DNA of 64,000 bases. Origin: Blepharisma stoltei ATCC 30299 (Eukaryota > Protista > Ciliophora). Below the pieces are notes generated by a model. The model saw only the letters and a program-made list of their open reading frames with translations, was not told the origin of the DNA and searched no databases. The stretch is taken from NCBI GenBank assembly GCA_965603825.1, contig CBFDEM010000045.1:1-64000 (forward strand), written 5' to 3'. Position numbers and translations under genes: made by a program. How positions within the stretch are numbered: the first letter of the stretch is position 1; every line of letters begins with the position of its first letter. Positions 35,775 through 50,700 of this stretch are shown piece after piece.

Positions 35775-38700
35775 ATGTTAATAATCATCCTTTCCATTAT
35801 CGCTCTGTCGTCCTGCGCATATGGAGGAAGCATCGATCCAGATCTTTCAAATCCAATCCAACTTCTTTGAAACAATGCAGGCGACACTACAAGATACATT
35901 TTTAATTTCCAGCTTACAACTCAAATTCTTTCTGATGCCACATTGACAATTGATTTCCCTTCTCAATACGCAGCGAATTTAGGAATAACCAGCTGTTCAG
36001 CTTTCGAAATTTCCAACAGTTCTCCTACCACGCTCGCTTGTTCAGTTTCAAACCGAAGGGTTACTTTCCAATTCGGCAAAATTACAGCTGGCCAAAAATC
36101 AATAAAATTGCTTGGAGTTCAAAATCCAGCTACCTCCCAAGGCACAGGAGTGTTCGGGATCCGAACTTGAAAGAGTGCAACAATAATAGACGAGAACGCC
36201 CTGTACCCTCCTCTTGGAATTGCTACAGCTCCTAGTGCTCTTACAGTCTCATTAATCTACGAAGGAGCATTGTTAGCTAACTACTCTCCTTTATATAAAT
36301 TCGTAATCACTGTAACTTCAGCGTTCCCTGCTGGGTCCTGACTGAGGATTTTGCTGCCATCTACTTATACATTTGGGGAAAACCCAACTTGCTATGTGGA
36401 GAATTGGAAGACGTGAGTGAATTGTTCACAATTCGAAGATACCTCACATTTATATTTCTCGTCCTTAGAACAAGAACTGGAATCAGGAAAATATAATATT
36501 AGTGTCTATGAAATTTATAACCCTGCTGTCACAGGAAACCCTGGGACAATCACTTTAGAAATTTTACAAGAAAATACTTTTACTGTCTTATCAAGGAATT
36601 CAGCAATTGCAACTCCAACAATTCTGGCTGGGACAATAAGCAAAGTTACCATTTCAGCGACCCCCCTGATACAAAACTCTCCAGCCAACTATACTTTTAT
36701 TTTTCTGCCTTATAATACGATTCCTCAAGGAGGGTCTATACAGATTCAGTTTCCTTCCACTTATAATGGGATTATTTCAGGAACCTGCTTTGCAGTTTCT
36801 GGGCTAATGCCAGTCTCAGGATCTCAACTAGTTTCCTGTTCGTCTACCACATCGATAGTAACCTTTGCCGGCTTTCAAGCAGTTTCCCATCAATATTTGA
36901 CACTTTTTGTAGCAGCTAGCAATCCAAGCAGCTCGGGAAACACTCCACAATTCAGTATTTTTACATATGATAGCAATGGGATACTTATTGACCAAAACTT
37001 AAAAGCAGGTTATGTGACTATTTCGACAGTGCAATACCCTGAAGGTTTCGACATTGACATGTTTTATGCAAAATCTGATAACCCTATAGGAAGCTACGGC
37101 CCAATTGACATTTTTCTGCACCCCAGAAACTACGTCCCTTGCACAGTCCCACCTTCTACTTATTTAGACATTTCTATTGACCTGCCCGGCTCATTGATTT
37201 TGCAAAGTGGCTCGCTTTATTGCACATTTGGCTCAGATCAAGTGCCAGCCTCAAGCTGTGTTTATACATCAGGGTCACCAAATGTAATTACCATTAGAAC
37301 ACCAACCAGCACAGCTGTAGACTGCTGCCCTCTTTCAATTAAAATTACTACAGTCGGCGCAGTTCCTGGAGGCTTTATGATCCCTTCTAATTCCTATGGA
37401 AACCAAATTTTTACTGCCAAAGTTTACGATTCCTCAGGGACACAGCTTGAAGAAGCCCAATTTATCTTCCAAACCCGTCCATCCACTTTTTCGTCCTATA
37501 CTTTAGATTACCTTCACCATACAAGAGATGCGTGGAACGTCATAAGATTGACCTTTACAAATACTGTGGATATCCCTTCTAATGGTATGCTAGAATTTGA
37601 GTTCGTGACTGCAGGACATAGCTTCCCAAGAGACTTGGGCTGGGGACTGGAGTCTTTTGTAACCCATCAGTTTTCGTGCATTTATCAGTCTAATTGGCCG
37701 GATTCTCCATCAGGGAGTATGTATTGCGACTTAACGACTGGGACAACGGTGACTTCTGCTTTTGTAAGATTGCAAGGGTTTACTTCAACAGTAACTGCAG
37801 GAACAAGCCGTTGGGTTACTCTGTCTAATGTGAGAAATGCTTTATATGCAGGATTTGTGCCAACTGTGATAGTCCGGACAAAGGATTCAAACGGAATTGT
37901 GCTTCAAGAGCAGACTACTAATTTGCCGGCACTTGTAGAGTTGCCGACTGCTTCTACATCAGGGACTGTTACTACAAGTTCTACTACATTAGATGACTCC
38001 GACGTCGAAATGGACTTCAGTTTGCCTATGTCAGCAACAATTTCTAATAGTGGGGAAGTGTACTTTGTCTTCCCATATGGCTACAAGTGGAATTATCCGA
38101 ATCCTCAAGGAGGATCTATTGGGACTTGCTCTTCTTCTACCTTGTATGGTGGGACAAGCAGATATAAGAAATTTACTCAATGGCAAGCAGCTGGGATGCT
38201 ATATACCCAGGTGTCAGGAGACAGTGCTTCTTCTCCTTTTAACACTTGCTTTCTAGCTGACCATCAGTCTTTATGGATCCAGACACCTACGATTACAGCT
38301 TATGTAGTCGCTAACAAAGTGGTGCAGGATTATTATTTGATTTCTCATCCTTCTATTACCCATACAGCCTCTGCAAGCTTTACTGGAGCAATGGAACAGA
38401 CAGGACAATACGACAAAAACACCAAAAACTTGTGGGTGTTTACTTTTACTACAAGCCAACGCATAACTCCAGGCGGAAGCGTCCAGGCAACCCTCCCAAT
38501 TACTTATTTTTCAAGCATAAGCACCACTTGCTATAAAGTCGTAAATAGTGGAGTCACTTGTAAAGGGCAGCCAAATTGGTCTTCAAGTTACCATAGAATT
38601 TTGATTTCAAATGTAGCCTCCTCCAGCACTCTTTCTCCTTCAGTCACTTTTGAAATTTGGATCTATGCGACTACTAGTGGTACTACTGGGATTGCCGATG

Positions 38701-41700
38701 TAGATCTCTATTCTGAAGATGAGGACACAAATTCTAATAAGAAAATCGAAGACTTAGTCGTGTCGCTTACGATAGATGACTATGAACCACCTGCGTATAT
38801 AACGATGGATTCCTTAACTTCAAATCTTATAGAAGCTTATGGGTCAACTGCTTTGTATGATGAGTATGGCACAATTTTATTGATATTCCAGCCTAATAAT
38901 ATTTTCCCTGAAGCTACAACTTTGTATGATACTCTTGTTACTATCACATTTCCATATGATGGAACGACCCAGTTTTTCCCTAAAAACTCTGCAGGGCTGA
39001 TTCAGTGCAGAATGCAAAAATATCCACCGTTTATGCAGTATGGGTATTTTGGAAGGCTATGTGAATGGACAGCTGGGCCACCTGACGTAGTAACTTTTTA
39101 TGTCCCCAAAGAACTCCGAGTAGACCCTGCCTTAGGGCAATTTCAAATAGAACTCTCCACAATTGGTGTTGTCCCTCCTATAGAAAATGGCTTTTTATAT
39201 CCCCAGCCTTGGGGCTACTATAGATTCATAATAAACCTAGACAAAAATTCTGGCGCCAACATAGAGCAAGCTGAGCCACTTCTCTATTTATCAGGAAACC
39301 GTCCAACTGTACTATATACCACTTCAGAGCACAAAGGTGCAGGACTCTGGAACGTCATGATGTTTAACTTCAAAGCGACCACCTCAATTCCCCCTTCAAA
39401 TGACCCTACAACCCCTGGTTATATTTTTATAAAGTTCCCATTTGACTACTTTTCAACAGGGAAAGGGTGGAAATCAGATCTTGGGATGAATATGGCAGAC
39501 GGCTCAAAAATTTCTTGCTTACAAGACTCTACTCTCCATACAGCTCCAGCTATGGATTGCTATTTAATGTATGGTTATGCGACTTATGTAACCATAAAAG
39601 TTACTTTTACGTCAACTGTGAATGCTGGAGACTATATAAATTTGTACTTTGCATCAATAGAAAACCCGTCGGCAAATTTGTATGATTTTGCGATTGAAAT
39701 AAGCAGCCAATATGAAGATTTATCAGCGTATGAGGACCCACAGTGGGTGATGCTAGACAGAAAAGTCAATAGGTATGTGGAGACTTCATGGACGATTTCT
39801 CCTTCTACAGGACAAAATTTCCCCAGCTTTGACATATACTCAACTGTTGTCGATCCAGTACAGTTTGTCCCAGGAGACTCGCTGACAGTCGAATTCTCTA
39901 TATTCAATTCTCAAAACATTGCAAGCGGCGAATATATTTGGCTAAAAATTCCTGACGAGTTTACAGTCCCTACCACTTTAGCGACTCTGGAGATTATTAA
40001 AGGAAGCCAAGGAGGATCTACAGACTCTTCCTGCATACCTGCTACACCTTACTATGTGTGGCCAGAAAACAGATTCATTTCAATGAAAAATTGCCACGGC
40101 CCACTAACAGTGCGCACTTTTAATAGGCCGTCTCCAGCTGCGCAAGACACTCCTAATAGAATTAGAGTTTCCTTATTAACATTGCCAAATTGGCCAACAG
40201 CTGACGGAGAGTTCACAGTTTACCATTTAGTAGACAGAAAAGCGCAGCTAGCCCGCCTATCCACTTTTCCTTGAAGCTATATGATCCCAACAGGTACTTG
40301 CACAGTAAATTATATTGGAACTACTGTATATGGCGACTATGGGGCAACTGAAGACTATAATTTCCAATTTAGCTGTGATGACGCCATTCCTGTTGGAGGA
40401 GACATTGTGATCACTTTTCCTTCAGTTTTTAATACTAATTCAGCGTCCATAAGCGCCTCTGGATGCACTTTTGGAGGTGGCTCAGCAGTGACTACAGCTG
40501 GAGGGGCTAGCTGTACATTGGTAAGAGGAATAGAGCTACACATAAATGGGTTTACGACAGCTGTTTCTGCAAATTCACTTATTGATGTGACAGTTAGCGT
40601 CCAAAACCCTACTCAAGGGTCCTATTCGAGCCCTTACAAAGCTTACCAATATACGATTGCGACATATGATAGCACTACTACAACTCCAGGAAGTTTTAAT
40701 GTAATTGATTTAGTGACTTCTGCTGACTATGCGTGGCTGACTGTATCCTCTCCCAGGTCTATCAGACCTCCAGTGATCTCCACAGACACCAATCTAATTT
40801 TATACTACTTGCAAGATCCTCTTATTGACCCAGGCCTCGGCCCAATTACATTCACCATTACGACTCCTACCCAAATAACCCAAAAGACTGGCTACATGAC
40901 CATTTCTACCACAAAAACCATATCTTTGCTAAATAATGCCCAAATCCGCTGTGTCTGGATAACAGGAACTACAGAGCTTCTAGCAGACCAATGCACCTTT
41001 ACCTCTGGATCCCCAAACACAATAAAGATGTATGCTCCTACATATAATAATATTCCGGTTGCTACTAAATACACGATATACATCACTACAGTTTTTTCTG
41101 ATGGAGGCTTAGAAGGAATCAGCTTTGGTAGTGGGCTGGTCAAATACCCCTTCTTTGTAGATGTCCATGCAGCAGGTGGATCTTCTACATCTGGATCAAT
41201 GGGTTATTTAGAACAAGTCGCTGTCCCTTTCCCTTACTTGGACGTTATTTCTGACTGCTGGACACAAAACGAATACACTAGACTCCGAGTTATTTTCCAG
41301 GTTTCTTCTTCTACATCTATAGCTGCTAGCTCTTCTAGTACCAGAATTGTAATTGAACTACCTACTAATAGTGGACTTTTCCCAACTGACTTAGGCCTTG
41401 GAATTAGCGAGAACGGAAAAGTTCCATGTGAAAGTCAGCAAAGCACAAGCGGGACTTTGACCTGCTACTTCTTCCCTGGGACGACAACTCCGGCTACTCC
41501 TGACAAAATCGTAGTTTCTGGATATAGTAGTATGAGCTCGTCTACCAGCTATTATCAGCTTGACTTCCCTAAAATCTATAACCCATCCACTGGAGGCGAC
41601 GATAAAATAGTAGACGTCGTGGTTTATGCTTTAGATATAAGCTCTGGATGGCCAGGAACTTTCATATATTGGAGGACTATAAAAAATGTGTCAAGAATCA

Positions 41701-44700
41701 AGACAAATACTGTGAGCACACTGACTTCTACTAATCAGGTTACAGTGTCAGGAACTACAGCTGGGAGCACAGGCGACTATACTTTTCCTGTAGATGTGAC
41801 CTTGATAGCTAATGACTATTTTGTGATAGAATTGCCTAGCCTTGTGTCTATGAGTTCTTCGACCCCAACCTGCGAGTCCGACTCAGGAGCGGCCTTAACC
41901 TGCTATTATTACAAAGATACAAATACAGTCTTCGTAACGGCGACAGGAGCGCATACTTCAATTACGATTTACTCGATTAACAACCCTCCGTATGCACTTA
42001 TTACAGCTCAATATCTTCAATTTTATGCTGAGTGGTGGAGCGAGTTCGAGAAAAAGACGAGAATTACTTATCCTGTTCTAAACGAGTCTTTTGGAACTCC
42101 AGGAGGCACAATAACAGTCACTGTTCCAGATAAGCCAAGCAATAAGTACTATAAAAGTGATGTTACAGAGTACAGAATTGATATATCAGTAGGCTATCCT
42201 ATTCCTGTTGGAGGCTGCATTGCTTTTGATTTTCCTTCAGAGTATCCTAATCTTCCTGAGAGCACCTGCCAGCACTATCACCAAGGCACAATTTCGATGC
42301 TGACTGGGACTGTAACTTGTTCAGTTTCCAGCCTCAGAGTAGTCCTTACAGGGTTTAACGCAGTTTCGATCAGCACAGTAGTCTCCATAAAAGTGCTAGT
42401 GGAGCACCCATCAAGTGCTTTGACGACCTCAAGTGGGATTGTGTATAGCTCTTACAGCTCCAACTCTCCAATTGCTGCAAATCTCCTCGAATCTGTGACA
42501 TCCTCCACTTTTACTATTACAAACACCCTTGCGCCTTCTTATTACTCTTTTCCACGCCAAATGATGGAATCTGTAGTTATAGAGGCTGGCAAATATGGCC
42601 CTATAAGGATGTCTCTATCAGGCTTAGGCACAATTATAGCCAATACAGGTTTTTTAAAAATAACTCTGTCAAGTTCGTTCGGAAGTATAGCTACTGGCAG
42701 TCAACTTGTATGCTTATGGAATAGCAGAATGAGCAGATGCTCCGTTTCAGGGTCAGTTTTCACTGTGTATGCTCCTGAAAACGCTAACTGGTCAACTTAT
42801 CCATTTCTATTGACTCTTACCACCACAAATGCGGACTCTATTGACCAAGTAGGAATTCAGCACCCAAGCACAGCTGGTGAATATGGTATCCAAGTCAGCG
42901 CTGACTGTAACGGCGATGGTTCATTAATTAAAGAAGCAATTGACTATGTCCACGTCTTTCCCACCTCGCATTTGTCAACATTTTCGGTGAATCCTTCACA
43001 CTATACAGCAAGTGCTATCAATTTATTCAAAATAACTATAACTCCAACTAATAGTATCCCTCAAGGCGGCTATGTAAGAGTCTATTTTCCAACTGCAGAT
43101 TACTGGGGAAATACACTATTTGCGGATGATCTTGGAACTGGACTGTCAGATGGTGAGTATATTTCTTGTCAAGAATTTCCTTCTGATCCGAATTTAGTTC
43201 CAGTATCAGGCCAGACCATTAAATGCAAACTTTACCTTGGAAGTTCAAGCATTGCTAAGCCAGCATATGTAGAAATGACTAATTTCCAAGCTGTCAGTGG
43301 AGTTTTCACATTTGTAATTTTTGGTGTCGAGAATCCTCCAAACACATATGCAGATGCAATAAATGTTGGGTTCATAGCTCTGACTCTAGACGCAAGCTAT
43401 GCCGATTTAGACTACTTAGATCTAACCTGGGTGTATACAGTCCTTGATGCAATTTCTTCAGACCCTGGAACTCCTTCTTCACCTAATGATAAGCCTTATG
43501 CAACTTCAGGCCAAGATGTGCTTGGGAGCACTGTGGAGATAAATATTCCTATGATGGACAATGTGGTAGCTATATCATCAGGAACGACTTATCTTATTGG
43601 AGTGCCTTCTGTAATTCCTCTGACAGGTGTTAGTATATCAGACTGCTATGTGTACGAAACCATTGGAATTATTGAGTACTACTCTCCTCCATCTGGATCT
43701 GCAGGCAGCTACCCTCTGTTAACCTTTACAACAACAGTAAAAATAAATAAAAACTGGTCAAGCCCAGTCCTCAGCTGTATTCAAATACTAAACAAAGTAT
43801 GCCAGAGGGAAGACGATTATAATGGAATGGCCAGTTTAAATACACATGCCCTGACAATAGGAACTGTGACATTTTCTACAATAAAGAATCAAGATTTGAT
43901 AGGCACGCTTTCTATAACCACAGGAGTAATAATACCTGTTAATGGTCTTATTATGGTAACTTATCCTACTGACTATACTATTGAAGGCAGCGATTGCGAA
44001 ATTTCAGGACTTTCTACTATGACAAACTTCAAATGTACAGTCTCTGGACAGTCTGCAAGTATACAGGTCTATGAGTCTATTGCCAGCGGGACTACTTTGA
44101 CTATTAAGGCATACCTTTTATCATTGGCAGAAGATAGCAGCAGCATGACAATAAGCACTTATTATGATTCAGCCGGGACAAGTATGCTGGAGACTGGCAC
44201 GAGCACTCCTACAGCGATATCTTCTACTACGCCATGGCCTAACGCTTTCCAAGCCCCGCCCCAGTCAGTCACACTAACTTCTGCTTCAATTAACAAGTAC
44301 GCTCAGATCAGGTTTAAGCTAAAAACTAGCCTGACAATTTCCTATTCTAGCTCAAAATATATCCAAGTCACTTTGGCTACAGGATTCCAAGGCAAAAGCT
44401 CCAACGCCAATCTTTACTGTACTGTTGACAATAACCGAGTTCCATGTTCAGAAACCACCGCAAATAAAGTCTACCAAATTTTTGCGTCCAGCACATATAG
44501 TATTTCCTCCAATGTGTGGCACGAAATCATCATATACACAAATGGAGCTGACGGTGATGCCAATGGGCTTCAGCTGTCTTCAAGCTTTTTCACTGAGTCT
44601 ATAACTGTGATATCATATGACGGCTCCAGCTCTGAGACTGAAACAAGGCAGCTTTCAGTGCCTTCAGCAATTTTTCCCCAATTGACTATTACTTATTTGC

Positions 44701-47700
44701 ATACGACAGTTGACCAGTTTAATGTATTTTCGTTTTCTTTTGTGACGAGCGTCGCTGTTGATGGGCCAAATGGAGATACCTTTACTGTAGAGTTCCCAAT
44801 GGAAGATTATAACCAAAATACGCTATTTAGATATGACTTAGGGACTGGAAGGATTTCAGGGGACACTTTTTTCTGTGACAATTTGTCGTTGACTGCTTCT
44901 CCAAAGATTTATTGCTATTTTACTCAAGGAGACACGACTTATAACAAGCCAGCCAAAGTGACCATTTCAGGGTTCAGCTATGTTAATACAGGGACTACCG
45001 TCACATTTGACATCCCGAAAGTAAAAAATCCTCAAACTTCTGGAGTATCAGTAAATGTGTCTCTAAGAGTTGCATCAGTTAAGAGCACAGGTGTAATAAT
45101 GGAAGAAAGAACAGTCGATTATCTGTTATTAGTCACCTCAAACACAGTCTCTTCTTCATGCTCTCTTACTCAGCCTATCCTTGGATCTTATCTGACCTAT
45201 ACCACAACAACGACCACTATGCAATTTTACTGCTGTGCAGCCCAAGATCTACCTTCAGCCACAGGAAATTACTATATTCTAGAAATTCCATTAAAATACC
45301 CATTCCCCTCTTCTACATCTCTAAATGCAGGAGGCGATTTTACAACAATCGTAAAGAAATACGCATCAGTAGGCTGGATGCTTTTAAAGTCTACTTCAAC
45401 TGCTAATTGTAAGACAAACAGTATATCGTCTACTTTTGACCCAGTCAAGAACCCAACCTCCACTGTTTCTGCTAACACCTTAACATTTAAAGGCTACGCA
45501 ATTTATCAGAGCCAAATGACTGATTTAGTTACTTATGGGTCCATTTCTACAGCAATAACAGTGGCTTCTACAACTCCTTTGTCCTGCACAATGACATCTT
45601 CATCAATTTCAATGCAAGAGTACAATATAGACGCAGTCAACCTGATTGACGTAACTTTTACATGTACTGGGACTGATATCCCAGTAGGAGGCTATTTATA
45701 CCTTGAAGTGCTATCTGGAGGCAGCAGCGTGACCACTGACCCTTATTATTTTACGATCTACAAAGGCTTGGGAACTGTCTGACACTATACTTTAAGCGGG
45801 TCTAAGTACACAATTAAAGACTGGACATCAGCCATCACTTCAGGGACTCAAATGCGATTTTTAATCCCAGTCAAAAATCCCAGCTCAACAGGCGCTACAA
45901 TCACTATAACAGCTTCTGCATATGATAATAATAACAACCAAATGGGCTCATATACTGCCACAACCCCAGCCTTAACAAATGCAGGATACTCTTCTGTTTA
46001 TTCTTTACAAAGCCATTATTTGCAATTTAACAGTCTCAACTCATGACTGAGCACCGAAATGACGCTTTATTTAAATCTCCCTCACTCTCTCACAACAACA
46101 TATTCTTATGTAACGATCGATTTTACCGGCGGAATTCAGGCTCAGTCTACTAATAGAGATGATAGGTATGGATATTTTGATGGATCTCAATGCGAGCAAA
46201 GCTATAGCGGCTGAGGAGTTTACAACAATTATTATTGTTATGAAGCCAAATGGACAACGAGTACTAAGCTTCAATATACACTTGTTAATACATTCACCGT
46301 TTCATCTGGTGTCCACAAATTTAATTTTGCTGGCTCTTGGTGAACTTACTTGGAGCTTGAATCTTCCAACTCAGGGGTACACTTAATAAAGGTGACTGTT
46401 ACATCGTCTGTTACTGAATACTACACCTTTTTGTACAGAACACCCACGAGTAAAGAGAACACAAGCTCTGACTGGTATGGACTGATCGTGAATTATGAAA
46501 ATGCTCAACACGAGAGTAAAACCACAAGCAACTATGTGCACTATCTACTTATTGAGTATCCAGTTGCTTTTGGGTCACTGAATGGGTTTTCGAGTGACCT
46601 CGGTTTTGGGGTTACTGATGGTTATCAGATCCCTGGATTGGTTGTATACAGCTCACTGGCGCTAAGGGACTGCATACTAAGACAGTCTGTCTTCGACAAC
46701 AGGGCTGGAATTCTGTGCAGGTCTCCATCAACGAACAATAACCCAGATCTATATATTCTTTTAATTAAGAGTCCTGCTAGCGCGGTTACAGTCTTATATA
46801 GCATTATGGCTTTATATCAAGATGATACTTCAAGATATACTTGGCATTCAATGGCTGTGTCCAGTCAGGCTTTTCAAAGTGGCTCAGTGACTACAACTAC
46901 TGGAACGATTGCTATTACCAACCCAGCAGCCCAAAGCACAGCTACATGAGACTTCACAAATATGATTAACACAGGCAATCTTGGCTCTTCAGGCTATAAT
47001 ATGCTGATACAACTTACCAACTATCAGAGCGCCTACCAACTGGGCACATACTCAATAGTAAACTCAATCAATACTGCTTATTTTCTTTATTCTGGCTATA
47101 TCCTTGCACAAGTAAACGGTGCAGACACCCCCCAAATCCAATTCAGCAATCCTTTATTTTCTCGTTCTGATTTTGCAGTTAAGGCTTGGACATTTGGAAG
47201 CAGTAATACTCTAAATACAATAAAAACAACGAGCACACTGACAATTACCACTGGGACTTTGTCTTCAAAATCTATTATAGCAGGCTCGACCCTTATAGCT
47301 GGCTATACCTCCAGTTTGACTTTAAAATTCACCTATGCAGATATAGTCCCAGCTGGTGGACAAATCCAAATTGTTTTCCCTACGACATACTTTTCAGCGA
47401 TAGACTGTTCAATATGTACGTCAGACTACACAGACCAAGACGCAAGTAACCAGGTTACTTATACAGTTACCACAGGGTCAGATATTATTTTGACGATAAC
47501 TAAATTCCAGAAGATCACTGCCGGCACTTATAACATTTATGGTGTCCATGCAACCTTTTCCTCAGCAGGGATTGCAGGTATTGATATAAATACTTATTAT
47601 GACACGTCTACATCTTATCCTATTGATGAGGACACTGTATCCTTGACAATCAGCGCAGCTCCGACTGTTAATCCTGTGATATCTTTGTATCCTAGGCTGT

Positions 47701-50700
47701 CATTTATGACTGGGTTTATTAATCCGACAGCAGGGTCGTATTCAGACTTAGTTCTTTATTTTAACCCTACTGTAGATGTAGACCCATCTACCACTGGGAC
47801 TGTCAAGCTAACAATGCCGAGCTCTTCTCATTGGTTTAATACTGATGGAGTCAGCAGCCTTTACTGCCTTGTGAATGGAGACTTAACTACAATTACAACT
47901 ACCAGCACATATTATACAATAACACCTAACTCAGCCCTCAGTGCAGGAACCCTTTATACTATCATTATTTCTGCAAGAAATGGCAAATATGATGGATTAT
48001 CTACAGCTACTACGACTTCTTCAAATCTGATAACTCTAGAAGGATACACAGGCGCTACTCTTACCCAACAAGCTACTTACTATATAAAAGTGAGCCCTAT
48101 TTTCACTGAGTTATATATAAACCCATACGTAAAAGGGTCAGGCTCAGATACCCTTTATCAATTAAATATTAAAACAGCTACAACAGTGACTGGCTCAAAT
48201 AATGGAGCTTTTGTGGTGGAGTGGCCAGTCTACTCGCTGTCTTCTGCTATGGCAATTTTCTCAAGCACTGTGGGGAGTACTCAGGTTTCTGGGACGTATT
48301 TCCCTTGTGAACTGTTCTCGACAGGAAGCAGTAAATATATCCCTATGACTGGAATTACTTGTATGCTGATTAAAGGATATACGATTTCTTCACAAAGGAC
48401 TTCACCGACTAAAATTGTTGTACTGCTAGGGACCAATACAATAAGCTCAGGGACTTCAATAGTAATAGGGTTCCCAGGAGTGACTGTTCCAACAACTTCT
48501 AGAGGTCCAGATTTATATATATACAGCAGAGAGATTTCTAGTGGCTCTGAGGTGGTTAAGGATTATTTGAATTACAAATATGTCAGCTTTGCTCACTCTC
48601 TTAATAGCCCCACTTCAATTACTAAGAATTTCCAATCTAGCTTTAGCAACTCAGTTCTCATGTCAACAGCTGTCTCATTTTCTATCAGTTTGCAGCCCGT
48701 AGCCGCAATTTCTACCTCAGACTACCTAGTTTTCACCTATGACCCTACCATGATATCAGTCACCACAGGATCAGCAGCCTTGTCATCACCTTCCTATTCG
48801 GCACTTTTTTACTACACTACAGTCGGATGAATTGTAATTCAGCCTTCCTCTGCAATAGGAACTGGCTCAGCGACCACATTTACCTTTGCAGGGATGAATA
48901 ATCCAAGCTACATTTCTGGATCTTCAAAAGACTATATTTCTGCTAGACAATGGGACAGCTTTTCGAACAGTTTTACTCCAGGGACATGGGACTACACCTA
49001 TGAGTTTTCAGGGTCTACTCCAAGTCCTCTCTATACTTTAGGCACAGTGACTCCTAGCTCATTAGGGTCTTCATTTGGCTGCCTTACCTGTGCTAGCTCA
49101 GGGACAAGTGTTCTTTCCAGCCAATATATCATGTATAAGCTTACATTCCAATACAGCTTAAACCTCCCTTCAGGGGCTATATTTGAGCTTATTTTCCCTA
49201 AGTCTACAAATGAGTACCAAAGCATCGCTTATAATTGTGAAGCCTCATCCTCTGGATTTTCTACCCCAAATTCTGTTTACTGCTCTGCATACTCAACCCA
49301 AACTCTCAGGATTTATTCATTTGGGACTTACACAAAAAATACAAACGTTGTAGTCTATATCAAGGCCTTGAATCCGCCCATAGCTTTTTCGCCGACTTCT
49401 GGGTTTACTATAAATGTGTATTATGACTCTTCAGGGACTTATAACATAGGCACAGACAGCACTAATAAATTTACAGTGACAGGCTTAAGCTCAGTTCCAG
49501 TCGGGACAATGAAAATTTATATACCATTTTCAAGTGAGTATATATCAGCTAGAACGACGTCAAATGCACCGCTTATCTTTATATTCAAAACAAGTGCCAC
49601 AATAACAAAAAATTCAGGCACTGTGGCCGTAACAGTATCTTCAGGGACTTTTGCCCAAGCTTCAGGAGGCACATTGATATGTTATTTCATTGATCCGACC
49701 AATAGTAACCTGAAATACATTGCAAAATCCTGCACTTATTCATCTGATGTATATACCATTACAGCACCAATCTACACCAATATAGCGAGTGGCCAGAATT
49801 GGATAGTCAGCATATCAACGTATGGAGCTACAAGCAATGGCCTTACGTATCCATCGGCTGGAGCAACTTTTATCAATGTGGATTTAAATAGTGTGGAGAT
49901 GTTTGACTATAATTATTATGTGGTTCCTTCAGCATTGACGATCGCAAAAGTCATTTCTTATTGTAGGACGACGAGTTTTTCTAATGTTTTTCAAGTCTAT
50001 GTCAATGCTGGGACTATTGGTACATTCTCGTCTGGGATGAGAATTGAGGCTGAGTTTGATGTGGCTCAGTTTGCAAGTGATTTGGGGACAGGGATTAGTG
50101 ATGGAAATGCAATGGATTGTATGAGTGATATGGCAATGGAAACTTCTACTACACTGCAGTGCTCTTTGCATTATGGGAACTCTGGGTCTTATCCTTATCG
50201 CCCTCTGATGACTAAAGCAAGAGAACATAACCAAGACACTAATTCTGGCAAATATTATTTATCCTTAGCAAACGTGATAAATCCAAGCAGTAGTGGTCAA
50301 AATGTTGCTATAAGAGTCAAATACTTCGACATCTCAAGTGGCTCAGAAGTCTTCACTGGTGACGAAATGATATATTTTGTACTTGGCTCAGTCTCAAACT
50401 CCTACACAACTGACAACGAAAACTCTTACATCAACTCTATGAACACCAAAGCAGTTGCAGCTACAAGTGTGACCTTCAGCGCGGTTACAAATGTAGGATA
50501 CTACGCATTAATCTCTTCAAGCTACGTTTTCTGGAGATTCCCATACGGAATCAGCACTTCTACAACAGAGACTCAAAGTCCTTCAGGAAATTCCCAGACA
50601 ATTGATGGGATTTTAGGTACCTCTGTGGCTGGAGACGGTCTCCTAGTCTCATCTCCTCCTTCTTCAGCTTCCTATACAGGTACTATTACATGGAATTTCG